The notes: generated from the letters alone by a model not told the origin. DNA of 64,000 nt from a virus (IMGVR_UViG_3300021387_001464:1-64000); one strand, 5' to 3'; positions 29,580-39,562 are shown, counted from the first letter of the stretch. Translations and numbers: made by a program.

Positions 29580-30770
29580 TCAGTCCGTTTTTGTAATTCC
29601 GAACACGCGGTCCAGCAACTTGAAGTTGTTGTCGTTAATCACCGAAAAATCTTTCTGGATATAGATATCAGCCACGTCGTAACTGCCGACGTGGTTGAGT
29701 GCTTCATCGACATCGCCTTTCGAGAAGTGCATCAGGTTGCGTGACAACGTGGCGAAGGTGTGGCGAGCCTGGTAGAACTGCAGACCGTCGATGCCCACCG
29801 CCTCGCCGACGGTTTTCAGACCTACATTGATGGCGCGGTTGAAGTCCTCCGGCGATCCATAGCGGCGATGGAAGGTGAACACGCGGTCGGCGGCGCGGTA
29901 TTTCTTGATGAGCCGCCCGATGACGGGATGCACCTTAACCTCGATGTAGGCATCGTCACTGCGGCGATCTTTCGTCTTTGTGCGGTTGTACTTCAGTACA
30001 CCGTGTGTCAGCGTCTTCGCTGAGTACATATCCACGGAGTTCATACCCATCAGACAGAACGAGAGGATGAAGCAGTCGCGGGCCAGTTGCGCACGACTGT
30101 ACGGCTCACCCTTGTAGCGGTATATTGCCATCAGCTGCTTCAGCGTCAGTGCCCGCACACCCTTCTTCATCTGCTGCTTTGGTACACGATAGCGCAGGAA
30201 CGGGTCGTTCTGGATGACCGTCTCGTAGTCGGTGTTATATCGGCGCATGGCCTCACGGAACAGGTGGCGCATCAGTCCGAGGTAGAGCGATTGCGCACGG
30301 GGCTTGTCTTTCAGGTGCTGCTCATAGTCCTCCAGCAACTTATAGGTAATCATCTTGAACGGCAGCCGACGCTTACCCAGGTAACTCTCCAGTGAGTTCA
30401 GCATCGTCACGTAGTTCTTAGCCCCCTTTATGTCGTTGCGCCGCAGCCAGTCCTCGGCAAAGGTGAAGAAGTCCGCCACCTCCTCCTTTGTCACGATACG
30501 CTCCGCTATCTCTGTGGCGTCCATCGTCGCCGTGCCCAGTGCATCCAATTGCAGTGCATCGAGCCGTTCCTGCAACTCACGCCGCTTCTGCTCAATCATC
30601 TTTGCCTTCTCCGGCTCACGAATGCGCTTACCGTTGGTCGTCAGTTCCGAGTCGGTAGCGGTGATGCCCGTTGGGATGCGCTTCTTCGTCCGTCCCTCAC
30701 AAATCAGAAACGACACCGGGTGCAGCCGTTTCTTGTTCCTCTTTCCTATCTCAATCGTTATTGTTGCCAT
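29580..30770 (-). CDS. int: tyrosine integrase
   Basis: SAM-like domain, YxRxKT, ARHTFAT, LNH and IY catalytic motifs of Bacteroidales integrases. Confidence 0.92.
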   Translation of the reverse strand: MATITIEIGKRNKKRLHPVSFLICEGRTKKRIPTGITATDSELTTNGKRIREPEKAKMIEQKRRELQERLDALQLDALGTATMDATEIAERIVTKEEVADFFTFAEDWLRRNDIKGAKNYVTMLNSLESYLGKRRLPFKMITYKLLEDYEQHLKDKPRAQSLYLGLMRHLFREAMRRYNTDYETVIQNDPFLRYRVPKQQMKKGVRALTLKQLMAIYRYKGEPYSRAQLARDCFILSFCLMGMNSVDMYSAKTLTHGVLKYNRTKTKDRRSDDAYIEVKVHPVIGRLIKKYRAADRVFTFHRRYGSPEDFNRAINVGLKTVGEAVGIDGLQFYQARHTFATLSRNLMHFSKGDVDEALNHVGSYDVADIYIQKDFSVINDNNFKLLDRVFGITKTD

Positions 30771-30848
30771 ACCTTTATATATATTATAGGTCCTGCGCCC
30801 GCCGTCCGTCGTTTAATCTTACCCCATCTTACCTCGTCTTGCCTACTT

Positions 30849-31108
30849 GACGGAAATCTCGCGGAAATCTGACGGAAATTTATCGGCTCAAAAGCGGAAA
30901 ATCCGTCCAAAAACGGACTATCCGCCTTTTGACGAAAAACCCCTGCAAACGCTTATTTGCAGGGATTTTCGGCTTGGGTGCCCGGACGGACTCGAACCGT
31001 CGGCATTCAGAACCACAATCTCTGCAAGCGAAATACGCAGAACGTGTTTATTTGCTATGTATTCATTTCTTTTCGTTTTCTCGTTTGGCGGAAATATGGC
31101 GGAAGTTC
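30849..31108. mobile_element. attP: tRNA-His 3' half core flanked by arm-type repeats
   Basis: Core at 30975-31022; GRCGGAAAT-like repeats at 30849-30880 (x3) and 31087-31108 (x2); terminator hairpin at 30935-30970. Confidence 0.8.
30975..31022 (-). tRNA. partial tRNA-His(GTG), 3' half only
   Basis: AGATTGTGGTTCTGAATGCC-GACGG-TTCGAGT-CCGTC-CGGGCAC-C; no D-arm or 5' acceptor strand. Confidence 0.85.
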
Positions 31109-31152
31109 TTGTCAGAATTGTTTTCTGTTTTCTGTCAGATTTCCGTTGTTGT

Positions 31153-31776
31153 TTACTTTTCCTTTGATACTCTTTCGCCATTGTCAGCAACTCCAGGAGT
31201 AAATGGATAGTTGCCAAAGGAGTCTTTTTTCTGCTGTTCAGCGAGGGCAGCACGGAGGTCGGCCACCTGCTGCTGGAGGCTTTCGATAAGTACATCCTTG
31301 GAGGCACTTTCACGCTTCTGCGACTCGATGGCTTCGTCCTTGGCGGCGACCTCACGCTTCTGCGACTCGATGGCTTCGTCCTTGGCGGCGACCTCACGCT
31401 TCAGCGACTCGATGGCTTCGTCCTTGGCGGCGATGATGGAGTTGGTCATGCTGGAGTAGGTCGGAACGCCTGACGGTGTGTTGTTTCTGAATGTTTCCGA
31501 ACCTTCGTTGTCTTGTCCTGAAAGCATGATGTCGCTCTCGCCACGGAGCCATTGTAGGTTGAAGATGCGACCGCTGGCGTTCTGCAGGCGGGTGATAATG
31601 TCGTCGGTGACTGCTGTCCTGTATCGCAGGATGTTGGTGATTGTGTCTTTGTTGACACCCATCCGCTTTGCGAGGTCGAGCTGTGTGAGCTTTCCCTCTC
31701 TGCGTCTGATTTCATCGATGGCGGCTGCAAAGATGTTGTTGCGCGTCTTGTCTTTTAGTTCTGTTCGTCTTCCCAT
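31153..31776 (-). CDS. CI-like HTH repressor with coiled-coil tandem repeats
   Basis: HTH LTQLDLAKRMGV, FNLQWLRG; 42-bp repeat x3; divergent promoters at 31847-31980. Confidence 0.8.
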   Translation of the reverse strand: MGRRTELKDKTRNNIFAAAIDEIRRREGKLTQLDLAKRMGVNKDTITNILRYRTAVTDDIITRLQNASGRIFNLQWLRGESDIMLSGQDNEGSETFRNNTPSGVPTYSSMTNSIIAAKDEAIESLKREVAAKDEAIESQKREVAAKDEAIESQKRESASKDVLIESLQQQVADLRAALAEQQKKDSFGNYPFTPGVADNGERVSKEK

Positions 31777-32032
31777 ATCGTTCTAAGTTTATCCGTTAAT
31801 TTATGCTAAAATTCCGAACGTTTCCGAACGCTTATGAACATTTATGTGTATCTTTGCAATCCGTAAGTAAGTAAGTAAACTACGAACGAATCGGGTAAAA
31901 GAATAGCCGTTGACGCGAAAGCCCATTCTATAAAGCATTTGCGCCACTTTGCACCACAAAATATCCATCCGCAAAGATACGGCTTTTCTCCCGATTTTGT
32001 GTCGGTGTAAGTAATCTTTTATAATAATTTAA

Positions 32033-32278
32033 ATGATTGTAGAGAAAGTCGGAAGAGCCGAATGGCAGGAGATGAAAGTGGGCGATGTGCGCATCTATAC
32101 ATTGCCAGACGAGCGGGCTAAGGAGTCGGCGCGAGTAGCTTCGCAGGCTGTGATGAAGTATGACCATTACGACCTGCGGCGGTTGTTTGAACAAGACTTG
32201 CGTCAGCTGCTCGGCGATGATTACGAAACGGTGGTGCCGAATATTGACACAACCATTGCCTTTAAACGTGTCAAGTAG
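32033..32278 (+). CDS. hypothetical protein (Cro position)
   Basis: First gene divergent from the repressor. Confidence 0.65.
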   Translation: MIVEKVGRAEWQEMKVGDVRIYTLPDERAKESARVASQAVMKYDHYDLRRLFEQDLRQLLGDDYETVVPNIDTTIAFKRVK

Positions 32279-32284
32279 GGTAGT

Positions 32285-32596
32285 ATGAACATCGAACTGA
32301 AAGACCTATTGTCGCTGATGACGGATGCGGTGGATGCGGGAGTGCAGAAGTATGTGCGCTCGTGTGATCCAAGTGCGGACTATATCAAACAGGGCGAGGC
32401 GAAGCGCTACTTGCAGAAGTTGGGCTTCAAGGCGGCGATGCTACAGCGGTGGGTGGACGGTGGTCTGCTGACACCAGTGAAGACGAGTGAGGCGCAGAAC
32501 GCATCTGTGCTCTACTCGATGGCAGATATCAAGACGCTGATTAGTTCGATACGCCTAAAAACGATGACTAACAAGTCGGACCATGACTATATATAA
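32285..32596 (+). CDS. excisionase-like winged-helix protein
   Basis: YIKQGEA..LQRWVDGGLLTPVK pattern. Confidence 0.5.
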   Translation: MNIELKDLLSLMTDAVDAGVQKYVRSCDPSADYIKQGEAKRYLQKLGFKAAMLQRWVDGGLLTPVKTSEAQNASVLYSMADIKTLISSIRLKTMTNKSDHDYI

Positions 32597-32798
32597 AGGT
32601 ATATGATAGAGCCCGACACCACCATACGCTTTTCGCCTGACGACGTACCCGACATACCGGAGGTGAAGAAACCGAAGAAACGGAAACGCAAGAGACGGGA
32701 GGTTCCAGAGCCGACGGACTGGCGCCCATTCGGCTATGAGTGGTAAAAGGCTTTAAAAACTTAAAACGAACTTTTAAACTTGAACAAATATAGGCGAT

Positions 32799-34691
32799 AT
32801 GCGAACCATTTTACTACCACACAATAAGACGGCCTACCAGAAGGTGATGCGGGCGTTCGAGACCGCAGACCGCACCTGCGTAGTTCATCCGACTGGCACG
32901 GGCAAGTCGTACCTGATAGCTGCCGTCAGCGAGAGCTTCAAGCGGGTGCTGATACTCGGACCGAACACGTTTGTGCTCGACCAGGTGCATAGCGTGCTGA
33001 AGTGGCGCAAGCGGGGTGTGGAGTATATGACCTATCAGACGCTGAACCTGACAGAGAACCCGCACACGGACTACGACCTGATTTGTCTCGATGAGTTCCA
33101 CCGAGCCGGTGCGCAGGAATGGGGCGCTGCCGTTGACCGTTTGCTGGAGTTGAACACGGCGGCCAAGGTGTTCGGTACTACCGCCACGCATATCCGCTAC
33201 CTCGACAACGAGCGCAATATGGCCGACGAGCTTTTCCACGGCAATATTGCCTCGCATATCACCATTGCCGAGGCATGGAATCAGAACATCCTGCCTATCC
33301 CTCGCTATGTCAGTGGTCTGTTCCGCTGGGACAAGACCGTCAGCGAGGCACAGGAGCGCATTGAGCGCAGCCGCAGTCTGAGCGACAAGGAGAAGCGCGA
33401 GCGCATCTTCCGGCTAAGCAACGCGAAACTGCGCTGGGAGCTGTCGTATGGTATGCCGTCCATCCTGAAAAAGCACCTTGACCGCGACGCCCGACGTGTC
33501 ATCGTGTTCTGCGGCAACATCGAGAGTCTGGGTCAGATGCGCGACGAGGTGATGGGCTGGTTCCGCGAGGCAGGCTTTACGGTGGTCAGCACCTGTATTA
33601 TGCACAGCGACCTGACCGACCGCGAGCAGCGTGAGCAGATGGACCGCTTCGAGGATGATACCGACAGCAAGGGCGTGAAGCTGATGTTCTCGGTGAATAT
33701 GCTCAACGAGGGCATCCACGTGCCCAACGTCAATGCCGTGCTGATGCTGCGCACCACCAGCAGCCGTATCATCTACATGCAGCAGATGGGGCGCTGCCTG
33801 ACCGCCGCCAATACCGAGAAGCCGCTGGTGCTCGACATGGTGGACAACATCACCACCACGACGGCCATCAAGGGTCTGCTCGACGAGTTTGATGCGATAG
33901 AGATACCACAGGCCGAACGCGAGGAACGCGAACCCCGCAAGTTCGAGGTGAAGGATTATACATTGGGGGTAAAAGACTTGATAGAGAAGTTGGTTCCGTC
34001 AGATTACAAAGTAACCCCTTTTGTAGAACGAGTAGAGCAAGCAAAAGCATTCTGCGAAAGTCACATGCGAGTACCAGGAAGAAAAGATGACAAAACAGAA
34101 TACCTTAACTGGGTAGCCCTACTGAAAGACTATAAAGACACGGACGATGTGCAGTCGCTGATCAGTCAATACAGCCGATATTCCGGCTACGAGAAGCGTA
34201 TTAAAATGCTGACGGCTTTTTGCGAAAAGAACGGCAGGGTGCCATGTCTAAAGGACGACAAGGCGGAGCGTCGCAACTGGATTAACATTATGCGATTATA
34301 CAGGGATAAGCCAGAAGTTAAACGACTGACTGCCCAATACGGCAACAAACCATTATCTTATGAAGATTTGTTGGAACCGATTGTCGCATTCTGCAAGGAA
34401 TGCAACAGACTTCCACGTCGTAGCGATAACCGCAATATCTACAACAAATGGGTAATACTTGTCCGCAAATATAATGACCGACAGGAAATGAACGAACTGA
34501 AAGAGTGTTACAGTACAAGGGGCAATTTCAGCAGGCGTATAGGTATAGTGACTGACTTCTGTTTAAAGGAAGGACGCCTCCCGCTCGAACGTGACAATTC
34601 CGAAATATGGAACGCTTGGACTGCGCTAAGAAAGAGATATAAGGAACACCCTGATGTTAAGACATTAAAGCAAAAATATGGAAAGAAATAA
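32799..34691 (+). CDS. SF2 (DEAD/DEAH-like) helicase with helicase-associated repeats
   Basis: PTGTGKS, DEFH, TAT, QQMGR motifs; repeated FC..GRxP...W units. Confidence 0.9.
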   Translation: MRTILLPHNKTAYQKVMRAFETADRTCVVHPTGTGKSYLIAAVSESFKRVLILGPNTFVLDQVHSVLKWRKRGVEYMTYQTLNLTENPHTDYDLICLDEFHRAGAQEWGAAVDRLLELNTAAKVFGTTATHIRYLDNERNMADELFHGNIASHITIAEAWNQNILPIPRYVSGLFRWDKTVSEAQERIERSRSLSDKEKRERIFRLSNAKLRWELSYGMPSILKKHLDRDARRVIVFCGNIESLGQMRDEVMGWFREAGFTVVSTCIMHSDLTDREQREQMDRFEDDTDSKGVKLMFSVNMLNEGIHVPNVNAVLMLRTTSSRIIYMQQMGRCLTAANTEKPLVLDMVDNITTTTAIKGLLDEFDAIEIPQAEREEREPRKFEVKDYTLGVKDLIEKLVPSDYKVTPFVERVEQAKAFCESHMRVPGRKDDKTEYLNWVALLKDYKDTDDVQSLISQYSRYSGYEKRIKMLTAFCEKNGRVPCLKDDKAERRNWINIMRLYRDKPEVKRLTAQYGNKPLSYEDLLEPIVAFCKECNRLPRRSDNRNIYNKWVILVRKYNDRQEMNELKECYSTRGNFSRRIGIVTDFCLKEGRLPLERDNSEIWNAWTALRKRYKEHPDVKTLKQKYGKK

Positions 34692-34772
34692 ATATTATAG
34701 ATTATGAGCAAGGCATTGAAGATACTATCCCGACCTCGCGGGAATGCCGAGGAATTTTAAATTTAAACAAAT

Positions 34773-35042
34773 ATGAAGAGATTTATAGAACTAACGGGCG
34801 AGGAAATAAACGCCCTTGGGAATGAGGGGTATCGACTGGCTGATACGAAGCCATCGACGGATGCTGGTGAGTTGCCGTTTGGTGTAAATACCGTCGTATT
34901 GACATTCAAGGCTGACGGTAAGAATAACCTGGAGTATTCCGCTGGTATGCCTGCTAACTACACGGATGTTATAACGGAGTGTATAGGCAAAGAACCCGTG
35001 GAGGTATTCGTGAAATTTTGGCAATTTAACAAAAAAAGATGA
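34773..35042 (+). CDS. hypothetical protein
   Basis: ORF in operon. Confidence 0.7.
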   Translation: MKRFIELTGEEINALGNEGYRLADTKPSTDAGELPFGVNTVVLTFKADGKNNLEYSAGMPANYTDVITECIGKEPVEVFVKFWQFNKKR

Positions 35043-35386
35043 TGACAAATATGAACGAAGAACGAAAAGTGTTGACGACGCTGAACAAGGCGATGGCAAC
35101 TTGCAATGGTGTGAACGACACGGTGGCGATGCTCTATGGGGCTAACGACTCGTCGGCTGCTGCATCGGCCTTTATAGGCGACGGTGATGTGCTGGCCAGT
35201 ACGCTGCTGTGTGTGCTGAACCATGTGGGCGAGCAGCGTGCCACTCCTGCGGAAATGGCAATAACCAGAGCGGTGTTGATGGCCGTGGCTGCTGCCGACA
35301 TGGAGAACAAGGGTGCCTTGCAGGAAGCTATCAACGGACATCGCGAGGATATTAAGTCGGGAAAGGTGGTGATAAAGAACCGCTGA
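35039..35386 (+). CDS. hypothetical protein
   Basis: ORF in operon. Confidence 0.7.
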   Translation: MMTNMNEERKVLTTLNKAMATCNGVNDTVAMLYGANDSSAAASAFIGDGDVLASTLLCVLNHVGEQRATPAEMAITRAVLMAVAAADMENKGALQEAINGHREDIKSGKVVIKNR

Positions 35387-35415
35387 TTACACGAATTAAA
35401 CAAATCATTGGCGAT

Positions 35416-35880
35416 ATGCAAACAACAATAAATCCTACCCCCTCCAATCAGTATTTCCGAAAGGTCAAGACCGAGGGGACGTTCAAGAAGACGTTCAAAG
35501 TGCTGGGACTGTACTTCACCGTCAGCAACTGCTGCGTGAAGAAGCGTCACGCCTGCGGTTACAGCCTACAGAGATACGACAGAAAACTGATTTGGCAGGA
35601 CAAGCAACGTCTCTACAAAGAGCACGACGGTCGATGCCCACACTGCGGACGGAAGTTCGACTTCGACGTGATGGAACTGCACCACGTGCTGCCCATCGCC
35701 CGCTTTCAGGACTTAATCACCGACGACCGCAATATGATACTGCTCTGCCACAAGTGTCACAAGGAGGTGCATTGCAATCCGTTCCTGAACATCCGGCTGA
35801 TGCAGGCGAAGGCCGACGAACTGGGTATTGACTTACATGACAGATATGACTATGGAGAAAATTCAGAAAGGAGAGATTGA
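35416..35880 (+). CDS. HNH endonuclease
   Basis: CPHCG..ELHH..N..LCHKCH. Confidence 0.85.
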   Translation: MQTTINPTPSNQYFRKVKTEGTFKKTFKVLGLYFTVSNCCVKKRHACGYSLQRYDRKLIWQDKQRLYKEHDGRCPHCGRKFDFDVMELHHVLPIARFQDLITDDRNMILLCHKCHKEVHCNPFLNIRLMQAKADELGIDLHDRYDYGENSERRD

Positions 35881-36049
35881 AGTATGGTAGTAGAATTTCA
35901 CGACCCCTACGTCGGCACCGTCCGCATTGCGGAGCAGCACGTGCCCGACCTCTATCAGATGGCCTGCGACTACACCCGTCAGCGCGGCAATACGTTTCAC
36001 TTCCTGAAGCGGCAGATTGAAGAGCGATACCCCAAACTGAAAGAGTGAT

Positions 36050-36421
36050 ATGGAACTGCATCTGAAGATTAACGACGTGGTTGGCATGGATGACGAGAAA
36101 CGCCACATACTGCGAGTGGACGGCAAACAGCTGATAGCCGCACTCATGGAGCACGAGGGCTGGCTGGCGCAGAACGTGGTCAAGGACTGGCTCTTGAAGC
36201 ACAACACCCGACTGCTGAACGAAATCATCGACGACCCCACGCTGCGCAACAACATCTATATGGCCGAGAAAGCCAGGCGCGACGGCAAGGCCGAACGCAG
36301 GCAACGGCAGACCGAGGCAGAGATAGCCAAGCGCCGCCGACACGACCAGTTCATCGCATCACAGAACTATCGGAAGAGCGTAGATTACATTCACAACGTA
36401 TTAGGATGGAACAATGAATAG
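36050..36421 (+). CDS. hypothetical protein
   Basis: ORF in operon. Confidence 0.75.
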   Translation: MELHLKINDVVGMDDEKRHILRVDGKQLIAALMEHEGWLAQNVVKDWLLKHNTRLLNEIIDDPTLRNNIYMAEKARRDGKAERRQRQTEAEIAKRRRHDQFIASQNYRKSVDYIHNVLGWNNE

Positions 36422-36782
36422 AAATCAAGCAACTCAGTTACAGCGCGACTGGCTGGAAGCCTGCGAACAGGTGGGCATACCCGCCATCACCACCGATACA
36501 TCGGCACGCATCATGGCCATCATGTACGTCCACGGAGGCGGCGAGGAGGAAATGGTGCTCAACCAGAAGTTCGTCAACGACGTGAAGTACATCCAGCGTC
36601 GCTTCCACATACAGGGCGGCGAGGTACCCGACGAGACCTTCGTGCTCACCACGCAACACTACGTCAAGCAGCTGGAGCAGCACATGGCAGAGTGCATGCG
36701 CAACAACGTCACCGACATACAGATTCCCGAATGGGCGCACAAGCTGATGCGCGACCGCTACGGCATGAAGCTGCACGGGTAG
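36414..36782 (+). CDS. hypothetical protein
   Basis: ORF in operon. Confidence 0.75.
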   Translation: MNRNQATQLQRDWLEACEQVGIPAITTDTSARIMAIMYVHGGGEEEMVLNQKFVNDVKYIQRRFHIQGGEVPDETFVLTTQHYVKQLEQHMAECMRNNVTDIQIPEWAHKLMRDRYGMKLHG

Positions 36783-37504
36783 AGAATGTGATGTATAACT
36801 ATATATAAAAGGTATAAATATTTGAGATATGATTACACTGAATTTGGACTGGCGCGAGGTGCTGTGGTGGATGCAGGGCGGCATGGCGGGGAGCCATCTG
36901 CGCTGGAACGTGTATGAGGATATGGTTAACAAGGTGTGGCCGCAGTGCTCAGAGCAGGAGCGAAGAAACCTGTGGCTCATCATGCGTCGCGACCTGGGCA
37001 GCTGGTGGCGACCCGACGGGTGGAGCGGCTTTGACCTCGCCAATGCGCATGGCGAGGGAGATTGGAAACCTCTGAAGGGCTACACCATCGACCGCGAGGA
37101 TGCCGACGGCAAGCCTATGGCGTACATCATCGACGAGACCCCGTGGATGTACTTCCGTCAGGTGCTGGCACGCTTCGACACCGAGAACCAGTATGCCGTG
37201 ACGATGCGTTATCCTGATTGCAACACTCTTGAGCGAATACTACGGACAACTCCGAAGGCGAGCGTCATCAGTACACCGAAACCATCAAAGATGCGCAGAT
37301 ATCCGATGCCGCTGCAGCCATTCATAATCCGCGCCTACAAGTGGCAAGACGAGTATCGTATAGACTGGGACCGCCGCTGCGACGAGAGCCAGATAACGAA
37401 GGTGGAGCGGCTGACCATTCCTGATGACGGAACGATGTGACCGCTACGGCATGAAGCTGCACGGGTAGAGAATGTAATGTATAACTATATATAAAAGGTA
37501 TAAA
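36753..37504 (+). repeat. 66-bp direct repeats (36753-36818 and 37439-37504) flanking one gene
   Basis: One mismatch between the copies. Confidence 0.9.
36829..37440 (+). CDS. hypothetical protein
   Basis: 203 aa ORF between the direct repeats. Confidence 0.8.
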   Translation: MITLNLDWREVLWWMQGGMAGSHLRWNVYEDMVNKVWPQCSEQERRNLWLIMRRDLGSWWRPDGWSGFDLANAHGEGDWKPLKGYTIDREDADGKPMAYIIDETPWMYFRQVLARFDTENQYAVTMRYPDCNTLERILRTTPKASVISTPKPSKMRRYPMPLQPFIIRAYKWQDEYRIDWDRRCDESQITKVERLTIPDDGTM

Positions 37505-37508
37505 GACT

Positions 37509-37714
37509 ATGGCGAATAAATTTCTCGGTAATGGACTGAGCCGCACGGCGATGGTGTTTAAGATTGCGACGCTGGCAGGGCATAAGCTAACGGTGCCAGA
37601 ACTGAACCGCATAAAGGATGTCAACCCCCGCACCCTGGAGCGCGTCTATGACTCCGTATTGGGGGGGTAAGTAAAGGCGATGCGCTGTTTGCGCTCAGAC
37701 TGGTATTGAAGTAA
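37509..37714 (+). pseudogene. small gene truncated at a G7 tract (G8 would extend it)
   Basis: TTG GGG GGG TAA; one extra G gives ..GGVSKGDALFALRLVLK*. Confidence 0.45.
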
Positions 37715-37735
37715 TATGAAATAATCAAAGGCGAT

Positions 37736-38254
37736 ATGATAAAGTTAGTTGCAAAGAAAGACTCCGAGTTGGAGCAGACAATAAAAGAGATGGCCGAGCA
37801 GATGGACAAGAACCTTGCAGACGGTATGCGTATTATAAAGGAGGCTACTGGTGTTGAACCTGAAAGCATCGGCTACAGATGGGCATGGGGTGATATTGCG
37901 ACATTCCTTCCGTCGCTGGTGCGGTTTAAGAAAGAAGACTGGGATAAGGTTGATGAAAAGGTGATGCGACGCGACAAGCGTGACGATAACTTTTTCAAGC
38001 CGCAGAAGCGTTATGTAGCTGGCAAACGTCTGTACGAGCGGTTTATCGAGGAGGTGAGTAATAAGTGTGTTACCGACGCACCGCTGAAGAAGCACGGCAT
38101 CCATACCATGTACGAAAGCCGCTCTGTATGGGTGCAGCCGTTCCATGACAAAGAGAAAGACTGCTACGTGTTGCTGGCAGGCGACTCGCTGCCACACGGC
38201 TTCACAGGTAAGGCTAAGAATGAGAAAGACCGCGAATTTACGATTGAATACTAA
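37736..38254 (+). CDS. hypothetical protein
   Basis: 172 aa ORF. Confidence 0.8.
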   Translation: MIKLVAKKDSELEQTIKEMAEQMDKNLADGMRIIKEATGVEPESIGYRWAWGDIATFLPSLVRFKKEDWDKVDEKVMRRDKRDDNFFKPQKRYVAGKRLYERFIEEVSNKCVTDAPLKKHGIHTMYESRSVWVQPFHDKEKDCYVLLAGDSLPHGFTGKAKNEKDREFTIEY

Positions 38255-38268
38255 GGAGGATTGACGCA

Positions 38269-38508
38269 ATGATAGTTGACCGACAATTCCATAACATCAA
38301 GTGCGACGCTTGCGGGCGGCTGATTGACGACGAGACATGGTGGGACGACAAGGACGCGCTCACGACGCAGATACTCGACGAATGCAACTGGATAGAGTGC
38401 GAGGGACGGCACTACTGCGACGAGTGCTGGGAACACGACGATGACGACAATATCGTGACCCAGGACGGGCGCAAGTGGACGGACTACGACCATAAGGAAA
38501 TCAAATAA
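38269..38508 (+). CDS. small Zn-finger protein (paralog of 45315)
   Basis: CDACG...HYCDECW.HDDDDNIV. Confidence 0.75.
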   Translation: MIVDRQFHNIKCDACGRLIDDETWWDDKDALTTQILDECNWIECEGRHYCDECWEHDDDDNIVTQDGRKWTDYDHKEIK

Positions 38509-38518
38509 TAAGGCGACA

Positions 38519-39049
38519 ATGAAAGAACAAAAGAAAATCACCCTCGACAGATTGCAGCAGTGGATCGAGAACTGGGTACACAACTGCGAAATGAACCACA
38601 AAGACCCGTCGGAGGTCGAGTTTATAATCATGGACTCTACGGAGCGAAAGGAATACCGCCCATTCAGCGGCTTCCTCTCTTGGGGCAGCGGCGGCGCGAA
38701 GGTCGGCATCGAGTTCTTCCGTTCCGACGTCATCACATTCGACCCCAAGGACGAGCGGCCACCTGTCGGCGAGTATTGGAAGAGCCGTGGTGCATCCACC
38801 TTCGACGTGTCGGGCTTTATCGCGTCAAAGGCAGCGGGCTTGCGACTGCTGCGCATGGTGCGCTACATCCTCGACACCGACGAGCCGAAGACGTGGCTCG
38901 ACTATCGCGAGTATGAGCCGAACTGGATTCAGTTCAAGTTCTCGGCTGAAGAATTCGACGTGGAGAAACTCGATGCCTCCAGCCGTGCCAATGGTGGAGT
39001 TATCACCGAGCAGATACTGCGCGACTGCGTAAAAACAAAGGAGGACTGA
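38519..39049 (+). CDS. hypothetical protein
   Basis: 176 aa ORF. Confidence 0.8.
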   Translation: MKEQKKITLDRLQQWIENWVHNCEMNHKDPSEVEFIIMDSTERKEYRPFSGFLSWGSGGAKVGIEFFRSDVITFDPKDERPPVGEYWKSRGASTFDVSGFIASKAAGLRLLRMVRYILDTDEPKTWLDYREYEPNWIQFKFSAEEFDVEKLDASSRANGGVITEQILRDCVKTKED

Positions 39050-39052
39050 ATT

Positions 39053-39562
39053 ATGGATAAACCAATTCTTGATGCCTGCTGTGGCGGAAAAATGTTTTAC
39101 TTCGACAAGAATGATCCGCGTGTATTGTTCCAGGATATTCGTTGCTTCGAGACGAAGTTGAAAGACAGGGGTAAACTCAGACCCTTTGCTATCAGTCCAG
39201 ACGTGCAGGCAGACTTCACGTCGATGCCCTATGCTGACAATACGTTTCGTATGGTAGTGTTTGATCCGCCACACTTAAAATATACGGGGTTAAAGAAAGA
39301 GGCCGAGAACTGGCAGATGGTAAAGTACGGATGGCCACCCGCTCACGGATGGCAGGATATCCTGCGCAAGGGGTTTGCTGAATGCTTTCGTGTGCTGTCG
39401 CCCGGAGGCTTCCTTATCTTCAAGTGGAATGAGACTGACATCAAAGTCTCAGAGGTACTGAAACTAACAGACGAGAAGCCCGTCTTCGGACACATCAGTG
39501 GTAAACGGGCCAATACGCATTGGATATGTTTTATGAAACCGGAAGAAAGTATTAACAAATAA
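39053..39562 (+). CDS. phage SAM-dependent methyltransferase
   Basis: ILDACCG, FDPPH, FRVL..GG.LIFKW. Confidence 0.85.
   Translation: MDKPILDACCGGKMFYFDKNDPRVLFQDIRCFETKLKDRGKLRPFAISPDVQADFTSMPYADNTFRMVVFDPPHLKYTGLKKEAENWQMVKYGWPPAHGWQDILRKGFAECFRVLSPGGFLIFKWNETDIKVSEVLKLTDEKPVFGHISGKRANTHWICFMKPEESINK

Noticed and set aside
30975-31022. Functional tRNA-His gene
   Set aside because: The D-arm and 5' acceptor strand are absent; it is better explained as the attP core.
34704-34760. 18-codon ORF MSKALKILSRPRGNAEEF
   Set aside because: It may be a truncated gene remnant, but it is too short to assign.
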